Positions 18,359 through 26,633 of a stretch of 64,000 bases of DNA are shown here, piece by piece. The notes under the pieces were generated by a model. It did no database searches. It was not told the DNA's origin and saw only the letters and a list, made by a program, of their open reading frames with translations. This DNA comes from an uncultured Erysipelotrichaceae bacterium (GTDB lineage: Bacteria > Bacillota_I > Bacilli_A > Erysipelotrichales > Erysipelotrichaceae): contig CAYJNO010000004.1 of assembly GCA_964371715.1 (NCBI GenBank), positions 27,061 to 91,060 on the forward strand. The letters are read 5' to 3'. Each line of letters starts with the position of its first letter. The first letter of the stretch is position 1. The translations under genes were made by a program, and so were the position numbers.

Positions 18359-20911
18359 ATGAAGAAAGTATCACATATATATGATGGTAAAGAATCATTT
18401 ATAAATAAATTAAATGAAAATAAAATAGATTTTTATGCTCCATTACTTGTAAGAATTGTAACTGCTAAAAGTTCAAGAGATAATGCTTTAGCTTTAGCAA
18501 AACAAATTAAAGAAATATTACCGAATGGAATGATTGTTGGAGCAACATCTTCAGTAAGTGTTATTCATAATGGAGAAGCAGTTGATGATGCTACATTAAT
18601 TGTGGTAGAACAATATACTAAGTTAATATTAAGTGTTAGAAAACTACCTTTTATAGATAAAAATATTGAAACAATTGCTAAACAAGTACATGACATTAGT
18701 ATGGAAATTGGAAGTACAAAAACAACAATTAATTTATTATTTAGTAATAAATTTTGGGATGGATTTAAATTTGTACGTGAATTTGATAAATTAACACCTC
18801 AAATGAAACTTGCAGGTGGGATGGCTGGAGAAATGTCTCATTTCTATGGCGATAGTTATTTGTTTGATGAAAATGGTGTTTATGATGAAGAGATGTTTAT
18901 TTTTGCAGCTACAGCTGAAGAAGAATATCATTTCACACAAGCATTTACACCACATGATAAATTAAACGATGATATTCATGAAATAACAAAAGTTGATGGA
19001 CATTTCATCAAAGAAATAGATAATGAACCAGCAGGAGATTGGATGCTTAATTATCTTAATTTAAATAAAGATAATGTAGCACATTATGATTTTGTTACTA
19101 CTCAAACTGATTTTGATACAACCTTTGAACAATTAAATAATGATTACTTAACAAGGTTTCCTTTATTGTTAGAACATGATGGTACAGGATTTTATAATAG
19201 TTATGATAGTAAAGAAAATAGTTTATCTGCATATCATGCTAATTTAATGGTTAAAGAAAAATTTAAAGTAGGGTATGTAACACCAATTGCAGCTATGAAT
19301 GCTACTTATGAACTTATTTCTGCAACATATAGTGCACCTATTGAATTAGTATTTGCTTATTCTTGTGTTGTACTTAGAATGTATTTATCAAACGTAGCTA
19401 AATGGGCATTATCACCATTTGAACAATTTGATGTCTCAGGAATGTTCATGATGGGTGAATTAGTCTATCAAAATGGAAGAAATGAATATCATCAAGGTGC
19501 ATGTGTTCTACAATGCATTGCTGAAAGTGAAGTATATGCAATACCAAATTTAAAAACATTAGAACAAATAGAACTTGTAGAAACTGATTTAGACTTTATT
19601 TTAAAAGCCATTGAAAAACAATCACAAACTACAAAAAGTGGAGCTAAATATGCTGAAAAACTAGAAAAATATCGTCGTGGTGGAAGCATTGAAAGCTACT
19701 ATAAAGATCCTGATTTTAATATGCCAAACATGCTACAATATCGAGTAGATAATGATACTTTTAAAATGAATAAAGTTTGTTTAGTAGAAATTCAAACAGC
19801 TGATGCTACAGTTGCATTTGCTGGACAAGAAGCATATAACTTATCATGTGTTGAAATGATAAATGAAATTGGAGAAATATATAAAGATAATCCAGTATAT
19901 AAACTATCAAGGATGTATGCATTTAACTATAAATGTATTGTTATTTCATGTCTTGATTATGTAAGTAATATGGATTTTATTGAGTATTGTAAAGAGCTTC
20001 ATAAACAATATGGATATGCCAAATCTCGATGCCATGACATTACAAGTGTAAGTCGCTTTGTAGTAGTATTAAATCAAGAAAATCCTGTAGAAGAGGGTAT
20101 GAAGTATTTATTTTCAAATTCTGATAAAATGGAAACATTCTTTATTAGTAGTACATCATCACAAGATTATGATGTTAGTAATGAAGAATTAAGAGCCTTA
20201 GATTTACTTAATAGAGCAATAGAAAATAAATTAGTTGTTCCATATTATCAAGGTATACATAATAATCAAACAAATAAAATTGATAAATATGAAGCTCTAA
20301 TGAGAATAATTGACTTAGATGATAAAGTATATTCTCCATATGCATTTATTGATATATCTCAAAAATATAAATTATATACGCATATCAGTAGATTAATGAT
20401 TGAACAAGTTTTACATGACTTTAAGGATAGAGATGAACAAGTATCAATAAATATATCAGTAAATGATATTGAATCATCAACATTTAGGGAATGGTTTATT
20501 AATGCTTTATCTAATTTTAATAAGCCAGAGAGAGTTATTGTAGAACTATTAGAGAGTGATGATTTTAAACAACTAGATAATTTCTTTGAGTTTGTAAATG
20601 AAATCAAAAGCCTAGGTTGTAAAATTGCTATTGATGATTTTGGTTCAGGATATTCAACATTTACAACAGTAATGCAATTAGAGCCAGATTATATAAAAAT
20701 AGATGGTAGTATTGTAAGTCAGGTTGCTAATAATAGTAAATCAATTATGGTTCTTGATACAATTCAATACTTAACTAAAAAATTAGAAGCAAAAGCTGTC
20801 GCTGAATTTGTTGAAAATGTAGATATTCAAAATATTTTAAATAAATATGAAATATCATATTCTCAAGGCTATTATTTTGCAAAACCTGTTCCTTTTGATG
20901 AATTGCCTTAA
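18359..20911 (+). CDS. FIST domain / degenerate GGDEF-like / EAL domain c-di-GMP phosphodiesterase
   Basis: The preferred start is ATG 18359, 5 nt after GGAGG; the track start 18347 is a TTG. EAL signatures: YEALMRII, IAIDDFGSGYSTF, YIKIDGS, AVAEFVEN, SQGYYFAKP. The N-terminal ~400 aa looks FIST-like and the central region lacks a GG(D/E)EF motif. Confidence 0.75.
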   Translation: MKKVSHIYDGKESFINKLNENKIDFYAPLLVRIVTAKSSRDNALALAKQIKEILPNGMIVGATSSVSVIHNGEAVDDATLIVVEQYTKLILSVRKLPFIDKNIETIAKQVHDISMEIGSTKTTINLLFSNKFWDGFKFVREFDKLTPQMKLAGGMAGEMSHFYGDSYLFDENGVYDEEMFIFAATAEEEYHFTQAFTPHDKLNDDIHEITKVDGHFIKEIDNEPAGDWMLNYLNLNKDNVAHYDFVTTQTDFDTTFEQLNNDYLTRFPLLLEHDGTGFYNSYDSKENSLSAYHANLMVKEKFKVGYVTPIAAMNATYELISATYSAPIELVFAYSCVVLRMYLSNVAKWALSPFEQFDVSGMFMMGELVYQNGRNEYHQGACVLQCIAESEVYAIPNLKTLEQIELVETDLDFILKAIEKQSQTTKSGAKYAEKLEKYRRGGSIESYYKDPDFNMPNMLQYRVDNDTFKMNKVCLVEIQTADATVAFAGQEAYNLSCVEMINEIGEIYKDNPVYKLSRMYAFNYKCIVISCLDYVSNMDFIEYCKELHKQYGYAKSRCHDITSVSRFVVVLNQENPVEEGMKYLFSNSDKMETFFISSTSSQDYDVSNEELRALDLLNRAIENKLVVPYYQGIHNNQTNKIDKYEALMRIIDLDDKVYSPYAFIDISQKYKLYTHISRLMIEQVLHDFKDRDEQVSINISVNDIESSTFREWFINALSNFNKPERVIVELLESDDFKQLDNFFEFVNEIKSLGCKIAIDDFGSGYSTFTTVMQLEPDYIKIDGSIVSQVANNSKSIMVLDTIQYLTKKLEAKAVAEFVENVDIQNILNKYEISYSQGYYFAKPVPFDELP

Positions 20912-21023
20912 ATCCATATTTAATATTGATTGTATATAGACAATGTTTGACATACAATGTTAATTTTGATATTTTAATGTCCATAAAAGCTGCAGTGAAT
21001 TCTACTGAGCCTGTTTGCGAAAG

Positions 21024-21060
21024 AACATCATATAACTTAAGTAGGTATATGATGTTTTTT
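21024..21060 (+). terminator. Rho-independent terminator downstream of the EAL gene
   Basis: A perfect 11-bp stem AACATCATATA / TATATGATGTT with an 11-nt loop, followed by a T run. Confidence 0.6.
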
Positions 21061-21152
21061 AATATATCAAGAAGAAATTATACTAAAAGTATAGATTATG
21101 ATAAAATTATAAATAATGATTAATTTTAAATATTATATATAGGGGAAAATTT

Positions 21153-21827
21153 ATGAAGAAAATATTAATTATTGAAGATGATAGAATTATTGCAGAAGCA
21201 ATTAATGAACATTTAAGCTTATGGGGCTATGATGTATTATGTATTCAAGATTTTAGTAAAGTTATGGAGTCTTTTAATGAGTTTTCACCACATTTAGTGT
21301 TATTAGATATAACATTACCATTTAAGAATGGATATAGCATATGTGAAGATATACGTAAAGTATCAAAACTACCAATCATTTTTATTTCATCAGCAAATGA
21401 GAGTATGAATATTGTTTTAGCAATGAGTATGGGAGGCGATGATTTTATTGCTAAACCATTTGATTTAGATGTACTTAGTGCAAAGGTTCAAGCTACAATT
21501 AGACGTAGTTATGACTTTAATAATGATGAAACACAACTTAATATAAAAGGTGTTATACTAAATACTGAAAATGCTTTATGCTCTTATAATGAAAATAGTA
21601 TAGAATTAAGCAAAAATGAATTTATAATTCTTAAAACGCTAATGATTAATAAATCAAAGATAGTATCGAGAGATGAAATAATGAATAGACTTTGGAACAC
21701 AAATATTTTTATTGATGATAATACTTTAACTGTAAACATAACAAGGCTTAGAAAGAAATTAAATGATATCGGAATTATTAATTTTATTGAGACACGAAAG
21801 AGTTTAGGGTATGTTGTAAATGAATAA
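21153..21827 (+). CDS. OmpR-family response regulator (BceR-like)
   Basis: The receiver domain has LLDITLP (phospho-acceptor Asp). The winged-helix output is LTVNITRLRKKL...SLGYV. The gene overlaps the kinase gene. Confidence 0.9.
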   Translation: MKKILIIEDDRIIAEAINEHLSLWGYDVLCIQDFSKVMESFNEFSPHLVLLDITLPFKNGYSICEDIRKVSKLPIIFISSANESMNIVLAMSMGGDDFIAKPFDLDVLSAKVQATIRRSYDFNNDETQLNIKGVILNTENALCSYNENSIELSKNEFIILKTLMINKSKIVSRDEIMNRLWNTNIFIDDNTLTVNITRLRKKLNDIGIINFIETRKSLGYVVNE

Positions 21828-22794
21828 AAAATATATTCTAAAAAAACTACATTTATTTGGTGTTATTATCTGTACTACAATTATTTTCTTATTAGTTTTT
21901 ATTAGTGAAAACATTGCAATTGATTCAATAGTTTATGCCTTTATAATTTCATCTTTTTTCTTTTTAGTTTATTTTATAATTGATTACTATTATTACATAA
22001 AAAAAGTTAAAGTACTAAAACAAATTAATGAAAACATCTTTTTAAAAACAAACAAATTAGTACATAATAATGATGAAATTGAATTGTTATATATAGAAAT
22101 CATAAAACAATGGGAAAAACTTTATAATCAAGAATATCTAAATAATACTAAAAGTATGAAAGAAATGTCAGATTTTTATACTACATGGGTTCATCAAATT
22201 AAAACACCAATATTTGCATTATCATTATTAATTAAAGACACACCAAATAATAGTATTATGAAATCAGAACTTATAAAAATTCAACAATATTCAGATATGA
22301 TATTAGGATATTTAAGGTTACATGAAAGTCATAATGATCTTGTTATAAAAGAAATCAATTTAAAAGATGTAATTAGTGATGTTTTAAAAAACTTTACTGC
22401 AATATTTCTTGCTAAAAATTTAAGACCTATATTATCTATAGATGATTATTATTTAAAATCAGATGAAAAACATTTAAAATTTGCTATTAGTCAAATTATT
22501 TCTAATGCTACAAAATATAGTGAAAATGATGAAATTATAATTAGTTTAAAAAATAATGTTATTGAAATAACTGATAAAGGAATAGGTATTGAAGAATGTG
22601 ATATTCCAAGAATATTTGATAAAGGATATACAGGATACTCAGGAAGAGTTGATGATAAATCAAGTGGACTTGGATTGTTTTTATGTAAAGGAACTCTTGA
22701 TTTATTAGGCTTTAAGATATCTGTAATATCAAATAAAGGTATTAATACAAGTTTCTTTATAGATCTAAGACAAGAAGATAGAATATTAGATTAA
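21820..22794 (+). CDS. Intramembrane-sensing histidine kinase (BceS-like)
   Basis: Two N-terminal TM helices have almost no extracellular loop. H-box: WVHQIKTPIFAL. ATPase motifs: N-box ISNATKY and G-boxes DKGIGI / SGLGLFL. Confidence 0.85.
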   Translation: MNKKYILKKLHLFGVIICTTIIFLLVFISENIAIDSIVYAFIISSFFFLVYFIIDYYYYIKKVKVLKQINENIFLKTNKLVHNNDEIELLYIEIIKQWEKLYNQEYLNNTKSMKEMSDFYTTWVHQIKTPIFALSLLIKDTPNNSIMKSELIKIQQYSDMILGYLRLHESHNDLVIKEINLKDVISDVLKNFTAIFLAKNLRPILSIDDYYLKSDEKHLKFAISQIISNATKYSENDEIIISLKNNVIEITDKGIGIEECDIPRIFDKGYTGYSGRVDDKSSGLGLFLCKGTLDLLGFKISVISNKGINTSFFIDLRQEDRILD

Positions 22795-22796
22795 CC

Positions 22797-22810
22797 TTAC
22801 AAAAATGTAA
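22797..22810 (+). promoter_or_regulatory. Candidate BceR-type response-regulator box upstream of the ABC transporter promoter
   Basis: TTACA-AAAA-TGTAA fits the TNACA-N4-TGTAA inverted repeat reported for BceR-like regulators (recalled from the literature, not checked). A TATAAT lies at 22855-22860 with a poor -35, as expected for an activator-dependent promoter. The same palindrome could instead act as the kinase-gene terminator hairpin. Confidence 0.45.
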
Positions 22811-22888
22811 GGTTACTTTTGTTTAAGGCTAAGGTAACACTTTTACTATAAGCTTATAATTAATTCATAACTAAAAAGGAGAATTATT

Positions 22889-23647
22889 ATGGAAATATTA
22901 AAAGTATCTAATTTAAAAAAAACGTACAACGCTAAGCTTTTAAAAAATAGTGTTGAAGCTTTAAAAGATGTGAGCTTTACAGTAGATAATGGTGAATTTA
23001 TTGCTATTATGGGAGAATCAGGTTCTGGTAAAACAACTTTACTTAATATACTAGCAGGACTTGATAATAAAACACATGGTGAAGTATTAGTAGATAATAA
23101 CAATTTTTCTTCATTAAAAGAAAGTGATCTTGCCAAATACAGAAGAGAAAGTCTTGGGTTTGTGTTTCAAGATTTTAACTTACTTGATACATTAAATGTC
23201 GAAGAAAATATTATATTACCACTTGTACTATCTAGAAAAGATAAAAATGAAATAAAGGATAGATTAAATAATATTACAAGCAAACTTAAAATAACAAGTT
23301 TATTAAAAAAATATCCTCATGAAATATCAGGAGGAGAAAAACAAAGAGTAGCTGTAGCAAGAGCTGTTATCACTAATCCGAAACTACTATTAGCAGATGA
23401 GCCAACAGGAGCTCTTGATTCAAAATCTACTGATACTTTATTATTAGAGTTTATTAATATTAATAAAGATGGACAAACAATTATTATGGTCACTCATAGT
23501 GTTAAATGTGCATCTATTGCAAATCGTGTTTTATTTATTAAAGATGGAATTATATTTCATCAAATCTATAAAGGAAATCATAGCCAACAACAATTTTATG
23601 AGAAGATTTCTGATTCACTTATAGCCATTCAAAATGGAGGTGAATAA
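22889..23647 (+). CDS. ABC transporter ATP-binding protein (BceA-like)
   Basis: Walker A GESGSGKTT, signature ISGGEKQR and Walker B LLLADEPTGALD. Confidence 0.9.
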   Translation: MEILKVSNLKKTYNAKLLKNSVEALKDVSFTVDNGEFIAIMGESGSGKTTLLNILAGLDNKTHGEVLVDNNNFSSLKESDLAKYRRESLGFVFQDFNLLDTLNVEENIILPLVLSRKDKNEIKDRLNNITSKLKITSLLKKYPHEISGGEKQRVAVARAVITNPKLLLADEPTGALDSKSTDTLLLEFININKDGQTIIMVTHSVKCASIANRVLFIKDGIIFHQIYKGNHSQQQFYEKISDSLIAIQNGGE

Positions 23648-23650
23648 GAT

Positions 23651-25603
23651 ATGAATAGACCTCATTATTTTAAATTTGCTATTGCAAATTTAAAGAATAA
23701 TTCAAAAACCATATTGCCATTCACTCTAGCATCGGCAATATCAGTTTTATTATTTTATAATTGTATTAATATTGCTTTTAGTGATACAACAGGTAGTGGT
23801 ACTCTATCTGCAATCTTTGGAGTTTGTGTTTTTTTACTAGGAGTATTTTCAAGTGCATTTTTGTTTTATACTAATGGATTTCTATTAAAAAGAAGAAAAA
23901 AAGAGTTTGGACTATATAATATTTTAGGACTTCAAAAAAGACATATTAGTATGATTATATTAATTGAAAATGCATTTATTTTTATTGCATCAATTATTTT
24001 AGGTTTATTATTGGGTATTCTTTTTTCAAGAATATTAATCTTTACACTTTATAGTGTTATAAAGTTTGATTTGCATTATGAGTTTGAAGTAAACTTTTTA
24101 GCTGTTGTATATACATTTTTATTCTATTGTTTCATCTTCTTATTATTATCTATTTATAACATTATTGTTGTATATAACACTAAAATTGTAAACTTACTAA
24201 AAAGCAGTAAAATTTCCGATAAAACTTTTAAATCAAACTATATTTTATTAATTATTGGTGTAATACTATTGATAAGTGGATATACAATAGCACTTAGTTT
24301 TAAAAATATTATTTTTGAAATGGATAAATATGCTTTAGCTATTATTTTAGTATCAGTAGCTACATTTTGTTTATTTTCAGTACTTGGAAGCACAGTGTTA
24401 AAAGCCTTAAGGTTTAATAAAAAATTTTATTATCGACCAGAAAATTTTACTGCAGTTTCAGGACTTATGCATCGAATTAGTAAAAATGTTGGAGCTTTAA
24501 CACTTATTTGTATATTATCTACTGGAATTATTATTGCTTTATCAACTACTGTAAGTATGTATTTAGGTATTAATGATATTTTAAATTTCAGATATTCTCA
24601 TGATTATAAAATTGATATTGTTAGTGAAGATATGATTGATGATAAAATTGATTTTGTCATTGAAAATGTAAATAGTGAATTTAATGAAATAGAAGATATA
24701 AAGTACTATACACATTTTTATTTCTTTGGTTCAAAATTCAATGAGTTTATTTTTTATGAGGAAAATGAAGATGGTGGATCATCGATCGAAGAACCAAATA
24801 GTGATGATATTACCTTATATGTTTTAATGAATGTTAGTGGATATGAAGCCATAACAAACAATGAATTAGTTTTAAAAGATAATGAAATACTATTAGCTAA
24901 TGAAATAGAAAGTAATGAATTTAACTTACTAAATAAAACATATGATATTGTAAAAACTAATCCATCTCTTATAACAATGTTAGATGAATATGCTGTATAT
25001 TCAAACATTCAAGTCATCGTTATGAATAACCAAGAATTTATAAGCTTTCATCAGAATAGTGAAAACTATTCTTTAAAGAATAGTATTTATTTTAATTCAG
25101 TAAAGGAGATCGATTTTGATGCATTATATAATGTAGTTAATGAAAATATAAGTGATGTATATTCAATTGAATATATAATTAAAGCAGATAATGTTAAAGA
25201 CTTTTATTCGATATATGGAGGCTTATTATTTGTTGGTATTTTCCTTGGTTTACTAATGTTATTTTATGTATTATTAATTCTCTATTATAAGCAAGTAGTG
25301 GAAGGATATGAAGATAGAGATAATTATAAAACTATGGAAAAAATAGGAATGAGTAAAGAGATGATTAAAAGAAGTATTAATAGACAAATCATCTTTGTAT
25401 TTTTAATACCTATCATTACAGCTGTAATACACTTATTTTTTGCATATAATTCAATAATTCAGATGCTAAGAGTATTTAATTTAACTAACACAGATTTATT
25501 TATGAAATGTACTATCGGTGTAATTATTGTATTCTTCATAATATATTTATTAATGTATTACTTTACATCAAAGATTTATCATAAAATAATTAGTGAATCA
25601 TAG
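23651..25603 (+). CDS. FtsX-family ABC permease with a large extracellular domain (BceB-like)
   Basis: 650 aa. About 10 hydrophobic segments are split by a ~200-aa hydrophilic domain (aa ~300-510). This matches the BceB size and topology, and the gene immediately follows the ATPase gene. Confidence 0.85.
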   Translation: MNRPHYFKFAIANLKNNSKTILPFTLASAISVLLFYNCINIAFSDTTGSGTLSAIFGVCVFLLGVFSSAFLFYTNGFLLKRRKKEFGLYNILGLQKRHISMIILIENAFIFIASIILGLLLGILFSRILIFTLYSVIKFDLHYEFEVNFLAVVYTFLFYCFIFLLLSIYNIIVVYNTKIVNLLKSSKISDKTFKSNYILLIIGVILLISGYTIALSFKNIIFEMDKYALAIILVSVATFCLFSVLGSTVLKALRFNKKFYYRPENFTAVSGLMHRISKNVGALTLICILSTGIIIALSTTVSMYLGINDILNFRYSHDYKIDIVSEDMIDDKIDFVIENVNSEFNEIEDIKYYTHFYFFGSKFNEFIFYEENEDGGSSIEEPNSDDITLYVLMNVSGYEAITNNELVLKDNEILLANEIESNEFNLLNKTYDIVKTNPSLITMLDEYAVYSNIQVIVMNNQEFISFHQNSENYSLKNSIYFNSVKEIDFDALYNVVNENISDVYSIEYIIKADNVKDFYSIYGGLLFVGIFLGLLMLFYVLLILYYKQVVEGYEDRDNYKTMEKIGMSKEMIKRSINRQIIFVFLIPIITAVIHLFFAYNSIIQMLRVFNLTNTDLFMKCTIGVIIVFFIIYLLMYYFTSKIYHKIISES

Positions 25604-25604
25604 T

Positions 25605-25639
25605 GAAAAGCCACGTAGATATTAACTGCGTGGCTTTTC
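25605..25639 (+). terminator. Rho-independent terminator after the Bce-like permease
   Basis: An 11-bp stem GAAAAGCCACG / CGTGGCTTTTC begins 2 nt after the stop codon. Confidence 0.75.
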
Positions 25640-25995
25640 ACATTAACTAGTGATGACAAATAAATCAACTTTTCACAAAATATAATTGCATCTAAACCAT
25701 ATAAATTAATTTGATATATTAGCAAAAACATCAAACTAATTTATATTAAAAGATAACAATATTTTCTATGAATACTTTTTCATAAATGCTTCAGCGAATT
25801 CTACGAAACATTGTTGTGAAAAGATATCATTTACTGAATTAGATATATGTTCTTTTTTTATAGATATTTCAAATAATCAGTTAATAGATAAATTATGAGT
25901 TTAAGTTACATTTGTATTTATTGATTTATCATCATACTTATTATCATTTATAATTATTGGAGGTTATGATAAGTGTAGTTTTATCAACTTAATTT

Positions 25996-26199
25996 ATGAA
26001 GAGTGTTAAACAAGACTATTTAGAAAGAGTATTATCAGTATTAAATTCTTTAATCACTTGTGCTATGCCTTTATCATCTTTATTGCTTTCTTTTTTAGCA
26101 GTATTTTTAAAAGTAGAATTAATATTTTTTAGTTATGGTATATTAAGTGTTATTTTAGTTTTATTGATTTATGATTTTGTTAAAAGCAAAGATATTTAA
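25996..26199 (+). CDS. Small hydrophobic ORF (67 aa); may be a gene fragment
   Basis: It has two predicted TM helices but no convincing RBS, and it sits in a decayed-looking intergenic region. Confidence 0.25.
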   Translation: MKSVKQDYLERVLSVLNSLITCAMPLSSLLLSFLAVFLKVELIFFSYGILSVILVLLIYDFVKSKDI

Positions 26200-26633
26200 G
26201 TATTTTTATTTAGAAAAAATATATATGTTCAATCTTTATAATCTTATATCGATAAACTTTAATCATTTGGAGCTTTATAATCCAACAAATGTATAAGAAA
26301 ATTCTTAATGAACTAAATTGATAAAATATCATGTAACGCTTCGTCGATAATGAAGAATGTTTGTCGATGATTAACATCTAAACATCGTTTGGTAGCACTA
26401 AAAGATAAAGATATTGCATACAATGTATTTTCGTAAATTTTTTATAATTGAAAGAAACCCAATTAATAAATTCAAAATTCAAGAATAGAATAGTAGAATA
26501 CTTAAACAAAGTTTATAAAATTTTTGTGCATGTTCATAAAAAATAATATATATTAATTTATGTAGCCAATAATGATGTTTTTGTTGATTGAAAATGAAAT
26601 AAAGTGTTATAATTTACTACAAGGGAGATAAAA

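Noticed and set aside
20926-21123. A 65-aa ORF in the EAL to response-regulator spacer.
   Set aside because: It has no RBS, spans a promoter-like region and a terminator hairpin, and its sequence is not conserved as protein in the paralogous copy at 25781-25868.
25996-26199. The small hydrophobic ORF as a bacteriocin, immunity or toxin gene next to the Bce module.
   Set aside because: It has no RBS and no leader or double-glycine motif. The surrounding 1 kb looks like decayed spacer. It is retained only as a low-confidence ORF.
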